A DNA stretch of 64,000 bases from positions 181,714 through 245,713 of the forward strand of contig CAVQXP010000001.1 of the NCBI GenBank assembly GCA_963717935.1, written 5' to 3'. The DNA is from Candidatus Eiseniibacteriota bacterium. Its GTDB lineage: Bacteria; Eisenbacteria; RBG-16-71-46. Positions 1-9,668 of this stretch are shown here, one piece after another. A program made the position numbers and the translations under genes. The notes under the pieces are model-generated. The model saw only the letters and a list, made by a program, of their open reading frames with translations, had not been told where the DNA came from and ran no database searches. Position 1 is the stretch's first letter; each line of letters begins with the position of its first letter.

Positions 1-214
1 CGTCGCGCACAACACGCGCATGGGCGTGATCCTGTTCGTCGTGTACGTGCTGTTCTACGGAGGGTTCATGGCCCTGAGCGCCTTCTGGCCGGAGATCATG
101 AGCAAGCCGTTCCTGCGCGGGGTGAACCTCGCCGTCGTGTACGGTTTCGCGCTGATCGTGGCCGCGCTCGTGCTGGCGCTGGTCTACATGAAGACCTGCC
201 GCAAGTCGGCATAG
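1..214 (+). CDS. DUF485 (YjcH-like) small membrane protein, 5'-truncated by the window edge
   Basis: Two hydrophobic helices with F/Y-rich start and G-V-N-L-A-V-V-Y-G; directly upstream of actP, the usual position of this family; frame is open to the window edge. Confidence 0.8.
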   Translation, partial: VAHNTRMGVILFVVYVLFYGGFMALSAFWPEIMSKPFLRGVNLAVVYGFALIVAALVLALVYMKTCRKSA

Positions 215-224
215 GGAGACCCCC

Positions 225-2157
225 ATGATTCACGCTACCTCCTGGATCGCCGTCCTGGTCTTCCTGTTCTTCGCCGGTGCCGTCCTGGCCATCAGCTTCT
301 ACCTGGGGGCCCGGGCCAAGTCGGCCAGCGGCTACTTCGCGGCCGGCGGCGGCATCCACTGGGCGGTCAACGGCATCGCGTTCGCCGGCGACTACCTCTC
401 GGCGGCCTCGTTCCTCGGCATCTGCGGCATGATCGCCTTCTTCGGCTACGACGGTTTCCTGTATTCCATCGGTTATCTCGCCGGCTGGATCGTGGCGCTC
501 TTCATCATCGCCGAGCCGCTCAAGCGGCTGGGCCGTTTCACGTTCGCCGACGCCCTCGACAACAAATTCAACTCCCGCGGCATCAAGCTGGCGGCGGCCA
601 TCAGCACGCTGGTGGTGAGCTGCTTCTACCTGATTCCGCAGATGGTCGGAGCCGGCGCGCTGGTGCAGCCGCTGCTGGGGTTCCCGCACTACGTCGGGGT
701 GATCGTGGTGGGCCTGATCGTGACCACGATCGTCACCACGGCGGGCATGGTCTCGACCACCTGGGTCCAGTTCATCAAGGGGACCATCCTGGTGCTGTTG
801 TGCGCGTTCATCACCGTGCTGCTCCTCATGCGGGGCGTGACCACGAAACCCACGGATGCCAACGGCAACGAGGTGCGCATCCTGAAGCGGGGCGTGCCGA
901 CCGCGGAAGTCATCGGCGCCCCGGGGGCCACCGTCCTGCCCGAGGAGGGCGCGTGGAAGGACAGGCCCTACCTGCGCGTCCAGACTCCGACGGGCGCCGT
1001 GTCCGTCTGGCACAAGGACGGCGACCTGCTGTCCGAGGCGCAGACCCTCACCGTGCGGAAGGACGGCAGGAAGCTCGTCAACGGATTGCCGCGGGGCAAG
1101 AACGAGGGCGAAGCAGACCTCGCGCCGGTGGGCTACGCCTCGAAGCTGCCGGGCGGGGTGGAGCGCACCGGGCCGCAGAGCCCGTTCGGGTTCCTGCGCA
1201 CCATGCAGGAGAGCGAGGTCATCCTCTGGGGCTCGGAGAAGATCGCCGAGGCAGACGGCAGCGCCACGACGGTGTACTACCAGAAGCCCACCGCGGGCGC
1301 CGACTTCATGGCCCCCGGCTCCAGCCCGACGTTCAAGAAGGTCCGCAGCAAGAAGCTGTTCGACAAGCTCGACTTCCTGTCCCTCATGCTCGCGCTCTTC
1401 TGCGGCACGGCGTCGCTGCCGCACATCCTGATCCGCTACTACACGGTCAAGGACCAGATCAGCGCCCGCAAGAGCACCGTGGTGGGCATCGCGGCCATCG
1501 GGTTCTTCTACGTGCTGACGCTCTTCCTGGGCCTGGGCGCGATGACCAGCGGGAGCCTCGACGTCACCGACTCGAACATGTCCGCGCCGCTGCTGGCGCG
1601 CAGCCTGAACGAGCTCCTCTTCGCGGTGCTCTCGGCCGTGGCCTTCACCACGGTGCTGGGCACGGTCAGCGGCCTGATCATGGCCGCGAGCGGCGCGGTC
1701 GCCCATGACCTCATGACCAACTTCATGAAGATGAAGCTGGACGAGTTCCAGAAGGTGCGCGCCGCCAAGATCGCCGCCGTGTGCGTCGGTCTGCGTGGCG
1801 ATCTGCCTGGGCATCCTGTTCGCCAAGATGAACGTCAACTTCCTGGTCGGCTGGGCCTTCAACATCGCCGCCTCGGCCAACCTGCCGGCGCTCGTCATGC
1901 TCCTCTTCTGGAAACGCACGACCAAGCAGGGCATCACGGCCGCCATCGTGGTGGGCATGATCTCCTCGCTGGCCTGGATCCTCCTGAGCGCACAGGCCTA
2001 CAAGGACGTGTACGGGCTGGATCCGGCGCTGGCCATCGTGCCCTTCAGCCAGCCGGCGATCGTCACCATCCCGCTGGGCTTCCTGGTCCTGGTCCTCGTC
2101 TCACTGATGACGCCGCGCCCGGAGGAGCCGAGCAGGGCCGTGCCCAGTCCAGCCTGA
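225..2157 (+). CDS. actP: Cation/acetate symporter (sodium:solute symporter family); one frameshift near 1795
   Basis: Motifs NGIAFAGDYLSAASFLG, YLIPQMVGAG, GTASLPHILIRYYTV; C-terminus (AFNIAASANLP) continues in ORF 1795..2157. Confidence 0.88.
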
Positions 2158-2384
2158 CGTTCGCCTCAGGGCGGAGGCGCAGACACTCCCTCCCGGGAGG
2201 ATTTCACAGCGGGGATCGCACGGGCGTTTCGTCCCACGGAAACGCCCGTGCGAGGAGCGCGTGGGCGCCGGCTCCCTCGCTGCCCGGCACCGGTCGCCAT
2301 CTCCGCGGCGGGCATGTTCAGGCCGACAGCGTGCCCCCGAGCACCATCACGGCCACCGTCTCGCGGGCTGCGCGGGGTGGGGGC

Positions 2385-3209
2385 TCAGCGGGCCCCATCG
2401 ACCTGCACATCCCCCGCGACATCCGGCGCGCTCGGATCGGCGGGGCACAGCAGGAGCTTCTTCTCCTCGGTATCCCAGATCACGAGGGTACGAAGGGGCG
2501 AGTCGAGGTCGTCGCTGACGCACACGAAGCGGGTGCCTTCCACGGTGGCCTGGTGCGCGCGATGGAAATGGCCGAAGACCCAGGCCCGCGGCTTGTAGGC
2601 GAGATCGAGCCACAGCCAGCCCAGTTCCACCTCACCGCAGTCATCCTCCGGCCCGGGATCGAAGCCCACCGCCGTGATGTGCTCCGCGACGCCGGGCTGC
2701 ATCTCGGCAGAGCTCCGGATCCCGATGCCGATCCGCGAAGGGCAGGAATGAGTGACGATGAGTTCGGGCCGCTCGCGGTTGAACAACGCGGCGGCGTGTT
2801 CCCGCTGGCGGCGCAGGATGTAGTTGGGGAAGCCGCTGAACAGGTTGTGCCGCTGGGGCCGGTCCACGTGCAGGGCGCCGCCCAGGAAACCGACTCTGGA
2901 GCCGCCGAAGACGGCCACGGACGGGCGCGGCTGATAGATGAGATTGCTCTCCTTCTGCCAGCTCCTCGCCATGCCGAGCAGGAGCGCGCGGCGCAGCCAC
3001 GGATGATCCTCGTGGTTGCCGTCGATGACGTGCAGCGGGACGGGGTAGCGGAGTCGCTCCTCGCGGGCCTGCATCATCAGGTCCCGGTAGAACCCGAAGT
3101 CGCCCACCTGGATCGCGGCCGCGATCCTGAAGTCGGTCTGGGCCTGCCGCAGGCCCTCGACCACCTTCCGGTGCTGGCCATGCACGTCGCCGACGATCAG
3201 GACACGCAT
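2385..3209 (-). CDS. Calcineurin-like metallophosphoesterase
   Basis: GDVHG, VGDFG, DGNHED, THSCP and FGHFH metal-binding motifs. Confidence 0.9.
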   Translation of the reverse strand: MRVLIVGDVHGQHRKVVEGLRQAQTDFRIAAAIQVGDFGFYRDLMMQAREERLRYPVPLHVIDGNHEDHPWLRRALLLGMARSWQKESNLIYQPRPSVAVFGGSRVGFLGGALHVDRPQRHNLFSGFPNYILRRQREHAAALFNRERPELIVTHSCPSRIGIGIRSSAEMQPGVAEHITAVGFDPGPEDDCGEVELGWLWLDLAYKPRAWVFGHFHRAHQATVEGTRFVCVSDDLDSPLRTLVIWDTEEKKLLLCPADPSAPDVAGDVQVDGAR

Positions 3210-3213
3210 GCGC

Positions 3214-5742
3214 TCAGGCGGTCCGGGCGAAGTCCGTCTGCAGACGAGCCTGGAAGACGGTGATGTCCGCGAAGACCTTCTTCAGCACCGAGCGCTCGAG
3301 ATGGGTCAACTCCTGCAGCTCGATGAAGTTGTCCGGCTCGGCGCCCCGACCGATCTGCGCGGCCTGGTGCGTGAGCCGCATCTGCATCAGGGCGGTGTAG
3401 GCCTGCGCCAGCTCGTCGTGGCTGGAGGGCAGCAGCAGGCCCTGGTCGCGCAGCCGGCGCAGCCGCTCGATGGTGTTGGTCTCCGCGAAGCGGTTCTGCA
3501 AGGCATACATCCGCGCGAAGTTCACCAGCGGGATGATCGCCGCCTTCACGTTGAACGCCGCCGGATGCTCAGCCGGACGATTCGAGCTGGATGTTCCCGA
3601 AGAACCCGCGCGGGGCCCTGAACTGCAGCGTGCTCTGCGCCAGGTGGAAGAAGAAGGAGTTCTTGTCCTCGCCTTCCAGCAGGTGGTGCAGGTGCTCTCG
3701 CAGCTGCCGCACGTACTCGGCCTCCCCGTACGCGCAACGAAAGTCGAAGAACACGTTCACGTCCAGCAGGTCCTGGGGCCGGGCCGCGGTCACGCACTCG
3801 GTGAAATACCGCCGCCATCGCGACAGGGGCTGGCACCATTTCTCGGTTGCAGGCCATGACCTCGCCCTTGCAGCGCCGGTAGCCGACGAGATCCAGCCAG
3901 CCGCACACCTTTTCGCCGAGCCGCAGGAAATGGGCCTGCACCGCCTCGTTCTCTTCCGGAGCGACGTCGGCGTAGATGATGGCGTTGTCCTGGTCGGTGG
4001 CCAGGGTCTGTTCCTCCCGCGCCTCGCTGCCCAGGACCACAAAGGCGAACGCGGCCGGCGGCGGTCCGAGTTCGGCCTCGGCCAGCGCGATCAGCCGCAC
4101 CAGGATCGCGTCCGACACCGTCGTCATGATCCGGGTGACGCTTTCCACCCGCGCGCCGCTTTCCAGCAGCGCCTTGACGAACACCGGCAGCTTGGCGCGG
4201 CTGTCGCGCAACTCCTCGGGCGACCGGGCCTCCTGGATCTCACCGAGCAGAGCGCCGATCGCGTGGCGCTGCGTGTGGAGGATCTCCGTGCCCGTGAGGA
4301 TCCCGCGCGTGGCGCCGCGTTCGTCGGTCACGACCAGGTGCTGCACGCTCCGCTCCTGCATGACGCGCGCGGCTTCGAACAGCAGGGCGCGGTCCTCGAT
4401 GCGGACCAGAGGGGCGCTCATGACGGTGGCGACGGGCTCGGTCGCGGGCCGCCCCGCCGCCAGCACCCGGTTGCGCAGATCCTGGTCGGTCACGATGCCG
4501 ATCGGCTCCCCGGCGGGGGACTGGACGAGGATGGCGCTGGACTTCGCCCGAGCCATGGCGACGGCGGCCTTGTGGATCGGCGTGTCCAGGTCACAGGTGG
4601 CCAGCGTCAGCGGTGAGGCCTTGATGGACCGCGTGGCCAGCGGCAGCATGCTCTGCAGATCGGCCACCAGGCGGGCGAGGGTCTCCTCGGTCTTCTTGCG
4701 GGCCGCGACGTCCTTGACGGACAGGATCTGCCCCGCCTTGTCACCGATCGTCACCGGGGCGGCTGTGAGCAGCACGTCCACGGCCTCGCCGTTGCTTGTT
4801 GAGGATCCTCGCGCGCCGTTCTGTCGCCGGCGCCGAGGGGTCGCCGTTGGGGACCGACTCCATGATCTTCTCCAACGGCACCTGGACCAGTTCCTCCTCC
4901 GTGTAGCCCAGCCGGCCGAGCAGCGTCTTGTTCGCGTACACCGGGCGGTCCTGCAGCACCAGCAGGACCCCCTCGGTCGTCCCTTCCACCAGCAACCGGT
5001 ACTTCTCCTCCGATTCGCGCAGCGCCGTTTCCGCGCGCCAGCGCTGGCGCTCGAGGTTGAGTCCCTGCTGGGTGATGTAGGCCAGCAGCGCGGCGATGAT
5101 GATGGAGATGCCCACCGAGATCTGAAGGACGCGGCGGATCATCTGGCTGATCTCAGCCCACACGTCTTCGAGGTAGATGCCGGTTCCCACGATCCAGCCC
5201 CAGGGCGCGAAGCCTTTCACGTAGGACAGCTTGGGCACCACGCGTTTCTCGTCGTCCTTCCATTGCCACAGGTAGTCCACGTAGCCGTCGCCCCTGGCCC
5301 GGACCACCTTGGTGAACTCGACGAACAGCCTCTTCCCCGCCGGATCGGAATACTCGAGGAGACTCTGGCCGTTCAACTCCGGGCGGTAGGGATGCATGAC
5401 CATGCACGTCTGCGTGTCGGAGATCCAGAAGTAGTCCTTGCCGTCATCCCCGTAGCGCATGTTCTGGATCCGGGCGATGGCGGCCTGCTGGGCCGCGGCC
5501 CGCGAGAGCGCACCCTGCCTTTCCTGTTCATGCAGGCCCGCCAACTCGCTCCAGGCGGCTTGCGTCAACTCGCGAATCATCTCCTTCTTCCGCTCGATGA
5601 TGTTCTTCTTCATCGTCGGGATGATGACCACGAAGATCAGGCCGAAGAACAGCGCAAAGGTCAGAATGGCCGGCGAGATGATGTTGACGGCGAAATGCCG
5701 CCAATGGGGCCGGGGCGGTTGCCGAAGGTCAGCGGTGGGCAT
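3214..5742 (-). CDS. Membrane sensor fusion: TM-sCache_2-TM-PAS-CBS pair-DUF294 nucleotidyltransferase-DUF294_C; frameshifts near 4790, 3845 and 3570
   Basis: Cache motifs YFWISD..MVMHPYRPELNG and PKLSYVKGFAPWGWIVGTGIY; LRESEEKYRLLVE PAS linker; CBS motif GIVTDQDLRNRV; NTase motif GSEAREEQTLATDQDN; DUF294_C FFDFR and IIPLVNFARMYAL; assembled from ORFs 4741..5757, 3546..4781, 3569..4042 and 3214..3549. Confidence 0.8.
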
Positions 5743-6132
5743 GAGTGGGAACCACACTAAGGGCTCGCGGCCCGGCGGGCCAGCCTGCCGCCGGCGACGG
5801 CCGGCACAGGGCCCGCGCGCGGTCCGATCGCGGCCTGGCCGGACCCCGGGGGGCGACCTCGAGGATCGTTGTGAGCGTCGTCATGTGAGCGTCCACGTTC
5901 GTCCATCTCCGTCCATAGACACGAAGCACCCCGAGGATACATAAGTCCTTGGGCCGCATGCCATCTCGTTCTCGCGATGTCCGCTCGCTTCGCGTCATGT
6001 CGCTGATTTCGGTCCCCGCCCCGCGTGAGGAAACCGCTGTTCCATCCTTCCGAGTCATGGGCACGCTCTGTGGCCCGGCATCCGGCCGCGCAGTTGGCGC
6101 GCGACGGGCTCGCGCTCGAGGATCTCCGGTTC

Positions 6133-7215
6133 TCAGAACACCACGTACGCCCCGTCGCGGATGACCAGTTGCCGCCCCGCCGGCCCCACCACCACGGCCT
6201 CGGCCACCTGGATCGGGTTGCCCTTCGCATAGACGATGTCCTGGTGCACGACGTTCCCGGGTTCGAGGAACGCCTTCACGCCCACGACGCCGCCCAGGTG
6301 GTCCGAGCGCCCGTAGGCCCAGTGGAAGCCGGCCTTCTCGTCCTCGAGGACGTTGCCGGTGACGACCGCCCAGTCGTTGCAGCCGAAGGCAACCTCCGCG
6401 ATGTTGGCGCGGGCCGGATCGGCGGCAAAGAGGGCGCGCAACCGCTCGGCCTCGGGGCCGCGCCCGTCGATCTCCTGGATGCGATTGGCCCTCACCGACA
6501 GGACCACGCGCTCACCGGCGACCTCCACCGGCAAGTCGCCCTCGGTGCGGGACGCCTCGCCGGCCTTCTCGCCCTCGTAGGGCACGATGAACGTCTCGCC
6601 CGAGGGCAGGTTGATGATCCGGTCTCCCTGCTTGTCGCGGGGCAGGTAGCCGTCGTCCACCTCGGCCTTGCGCCAGCGCAGGTCGAAGGAGCAGCGCTCG
6701 CCGGTGGAAAAGCGCACCTCCAGCCGGTCGGCGCCCTTCAGGGCCGCGTCCAGGATGCCGCAACGGCGGGCCACCTCGCCGTAGTCGGCCGACAGGGCGC
6801 TCTGCTCCATGCGCCGCTCCAGACCTGGCAGCGAGGCGGCGCGGAAGTCGGCCTTTCGGCGGCAGTAGCCGTCGAGCGCGGCGGTGGCGGAGAACTCGGT
6901 CAGGAAGAGCGCCAGCGTGCAGTCCAGGAGGGCCTCGTCCATCGAGACTCCCACGCCGGCCTGGCGGCCGGCTGCGGGCAGGTCGGCGCCGTTGGCGCCC
7001 GTGGCGGCAAAGGTCAACAGCGCGTGCGTCTCGAACCCCCCCGCGCGGCCCAACTCGGCGAACGCCTCACGCCACTCGGCGGCCATGGCGCGCCGGTCCA
7101 TCCACTTGGAGTTGTCGGCGATGGAGCCGTGAGGCAGGTCGCAGGCCACCAGCACCACCTCGCCCGGCTCCGTGCGGAACACGTCAGTCAGCAGCTTCTT
7201 CAACTCGAAGGCCAT
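6133..7215 (-). CDS. Aminopeptidase-like metalloprotease (M29/aminopeptidase T-like)
   Basis: NLPSGETF, NIAEVAFGCN and LEDEKAGFHWAYG motifs. Confidence 0.7.
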   Translation of the reverse strand: MAFELKKLLTDVFRTEPGEVVLVACDLPHGSIADNSKWMDRRAMAAEWREAFAELGRAGGFETHALLTFAATGANGADLPAAGRQAGVGVSMDEALLDCTLALFLTEFSATAALDGYCRRKADFRAASLPGLERRMEQSALSADYGEVARRCGILDAALKGADRLEVRFSTGERCSFDLRWRKAEVDDGYLPRDKQGDRIINLPSGETFIVPYEGEKAGEASRTEGDLPVEVAGERVVLSVRANRIQEIDGRGPEAERLRALFAADPARANIAEVAFGCNDWAVVTGNVLEDEKAGFHWAYGRSDHLGGVVGVKAFLEPGNVVHQDIVYAKGNPIQVAEAVVVGPAGRQLVIRDGAYVVF

Positions 7216-7324
7216 GTCATCTCCCCATGCAAGAGACCAGAGGACGCCGGACCGCAGGGTCCACTCGCCATGAACCCGGCGGTCCGGCGCCCGGGATGCA
7301 CCACTCCATCGACCCCACCGGCCC

Positions 7325-7714
7325 TCATCCCGCCCCGCGGCTCATCATCACCAGCGCCGCGCCGGTGAAGTAGGCCACCACCCAGTAGGCGTAGGCGAGC
7401 CGCGAATAGAGGTGCAGGCGCTTCCCGAGCAACTCCGCGCCCGCGCCGAGCCGGTGGCGCCACATCAGGAACGTGTCGGTCGCCATGGCGGCCAGCGCCG
7501 AGTATCCCAGCGCGCCGTGCAGGCTCAGACCCTCGCGTTGCGTGGCGAGAATCATGAGCAGCGTGGCGGTCATGTCGAAGGCCACCCCTGCGCTGAAGGC
7601 ACCGCACACGCCACGGGTGGCGCGGCGGGCACGCAACTCCTTCACCGCGCCGATGGTGTAGAGCACGAGCGCCGCGGTGACGGTGGTCACCGCGGCCATG
7701 CGCAGTGGCGTCAC
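7325..7714 (-). CDS. Small four-helix membrane protein (HsmA/TIGR03987-like)
   Basis: ALVLYTIG, G..FD.TAT..M, SLHG.LG..AL..M and W...Y.TG pattern. Confidence 0.6.
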   Translation of the reverse strand: MTPLRMAAVTTVTAALVLYTIGAVKELRARRATRGVCGAFSAGVAFDMTATLLMILATQREGLSLHGALGYSALAAMATDTFLMWRHRLGAGAELLGKRLHLYSRLAYAYWVVAYFTGAALVMMSRGAG

Positions 7715-7811
7715 GCGGTCCTCCCTCGACGCAAGCCCACTCCTCTGCCCGGAGCCGTGGCGGTCCTCCCGGTCCGTGAACGCGACCGGACCCCGGCCCG
7801 GAGCCCCCTCC

Positions 7812-8606
7812 CTACCACAGCTCCCCCTGCGGCCAGCGGTCCTTCGGATTCACCGTCGCCAGCCCCAGCCGCTTCTTCATCTCGTTCGCGCTCGCCGGCG
7901 AGTGGCCGGCCCAGTGGTTGTTGAAGTAACCGTAGACCTCGCGCACCTCGGGCAACGCACGCTTCAGATCCGCCTCCCACGCATCGAACTCCGCCCTGCG
8001 GTCCACCTGGACCCGGTCATAGCACCCGATCTCGCGGCGGTCGCCGAGCCAGCGCACGTAGAGGAAATCGGCCGTGACCTCGGTCAGGCGCGACAGGTCG
8101 CGCCACTCGGTCCAGGTCAGCGCCGCGCGATGCCGGCGCAGCAGATCGCAGGTCTGCGCCACCTGCCAGGACGCGTGCCGGAACTCGACCGCGAGCCGCA
8201 CGTCGCGGGGTGCCGCCGCGAGGAAGCGGTCGAGCACGCCTACCGTGCCCTCGTCGCGCTCGAACTCGGCCGGCAACTGCACCAGCAGGGGCCCGAGCTT
8301 CTCCCCCAGCGGCGCCAGCGCCTCCATGAACTCCTTCAGGTGTTCGCCCATGCTCGAGAGCCGGGACTCGTGGGTGATGCGCTGCGGCACCTTGGCCGCG
8401 AAGCGGAAGCCCGCAGGCGAGTGCCGCTCCCAGGAACGCACCACCGACGGCCGCGGCGGATGGTAGAACGTGGTGTCCAGCTCGACCGTGTCGAAGACCG
8501 CGCCGTAGAAGGGCAGCCAGTCCTCCTGCTTCGCGCCCGGCGGATAGAAGGAGCCCACCCAGTCCGCATACGACCAGCCCTGGGTGCCGATGTGGATCGC
8601 CGCCAT
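7812..8606 (-). CDS. DUF72 family protein
   Basis: IGTQGWSY.DW...FYP, FDTVELDTTFY, LVQLPAEF, AVEFRH.SW, YFNNH. Confidence 0.93.
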   Translation of the reverse strand: MAAIHIGTQGWSYADWVGSFYPPGAKQEDWLPFYGAVFDTVELDTTFYHPPRPSVVRSWERHSPAGFRFAAKVPQRITHESRLSSMGEHLKEFMEALAPLGEKLGPLLVQLPAEFERDEGTVGVLDRFLAAAPRDVRLAVEFRHASWQVAQTCDLLRRHRAALTWTEWRDLSRLTEVTADFLYVRWLGDRREIGCYDRVQVDRRAEFDAWEADLKRALPEVREVYGYFNNHWAGHSPASANEMKKRLGLATVNPKDRWPQGELW

Positions 8607-8625
8607 GGTCCCTCCTCCCCCGTGC

Positions 8626-9591
8626 TCAGCCGGCGGCGGCCGGCTCCGGCCAGGCGAATTCGCCCGCCGGCGGCCCCGAACCGCGATCGAGCAGATGACA
8701 ACCGAAGAACGCCAGGACGTGGCGTTCGTATTCCGCCGGGTGGCGCCTCCAACCCTCGTTGTGGCCTGCGTCGGGGATGATCCACAGGGGATCCTTCGCC
8801 CCGGCCGCGCGCCACAGGCGGCGGGCGTTCTCGCTCGAGAGGCGGTCGTCCTCGAGCGCGTGGATGAGGAACAGCGGCCGGCCGGCGAGCCGGGCCGCCG
8901 CGGACTCGACGTCCACCTCGCCCAGATCGCGGCCCGTCAGCAGGCGGCTCAGCGCCCGCGCGAGATGGGCGCTGCGGCGGGGCAGGCGCGCCCAGCGCTG
9001 CGAGGAGTCTTCCAGCGCGAGCGTGGCGTGAGCGAAGGCGCCGTCCGCGACGACCGCGCGGACCTCCGGGTTCTCCGCCGCGACCAGCAGCGCCACCGAG
9101 CCGCCGAGCGACTCGCCCAGCAGGCCTACGGCGTGGCCGCCCAGCGACGGTTCCGCGCGCAGCCAGTCGAGCGCGGCCTGCGCGTCCACCACCTCGTGGT
9201 GCCCGAGCGTGGTGGGCCGCCGCCGGCGCCAGCGCGAGGAGCGGAAGTCCACGGCGAACACGCCGTACCCGGCCGCGTGGAGGAACGCGCCATAGCGCCA
9301 GGCGCGCGAGTGCTCGCGGCCGTAGCCATGCAGCACGAGGACCACCGCGCGCTCGCGCGCGGGGAGCAGCCAGCCGTCGAGCGCGTCATCCCCATCCAGC
9401 GGGACGCGGACGCGCTGCGCCACGCGGTCGAGGTCGGGGGCGCCACCCAGGTCGCGGGGCAGGAAGGGAAAGAAGCCGAGCCACACGGCCCCGCCCAGGA
9501 GCAGGGCCGCGGCCGCGAACACCGCCGCCACCACACCGCCCGCGACGAGCGCGTCGCCCGCCGCAAGCACCAGCTCGCTCACGATCACCAT
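8626..9591 (-). CDS. Membrane-anchored alpha/beta hydrolase
   Basis: N-terminal TM helix, LHGYG, GESLGG nucleophile elbow, HALEDD, AGHNE. Confidence 0.85.
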   Translation of the reverse strand: MVIVSELVLAAGDALVAGGVVAAVFAAAALLLGGAVWLGFFPFLPRDLGGAPDLDRVAQRVRVPLDGDDALDGWLLPARERAVVLVLHGYGREHSRAWRYGAFLHAAGYGVFAVDFRSSRWRRRRPTTLGHHEVVDAQAALDWLRAEPSLGGHAVGLLGESLGGSVALLVAAENPEVRAVVADGAFAHATLALEDSSQRWARLPRRSAHLARALSRLLTGRDLGEVDVESAAARLAGRPLFLIHALEDDRLSSENARRLWRAAGAKDPLWIIPDAGHNEGWRRHPAEYERHVLAFFGCHLLDRGSGPPAGEFAWPEPAAAG

Positions 9592-9668
9592 GCCGCGGAC
9601 TATCGCACCGCAGCGAAGAGGCGGGCAAACCCCGCCCGGCGCGGCGGGCGGGTGACGAAGGCTGCGCC

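Noticed and set aside
225..3263. 1012-aa ActP fusion protein
   Set aside because: An indel near 1795 shifts the frame; the true C-terminus ends at 2157 and the rest is antisense to the phosphoesterase
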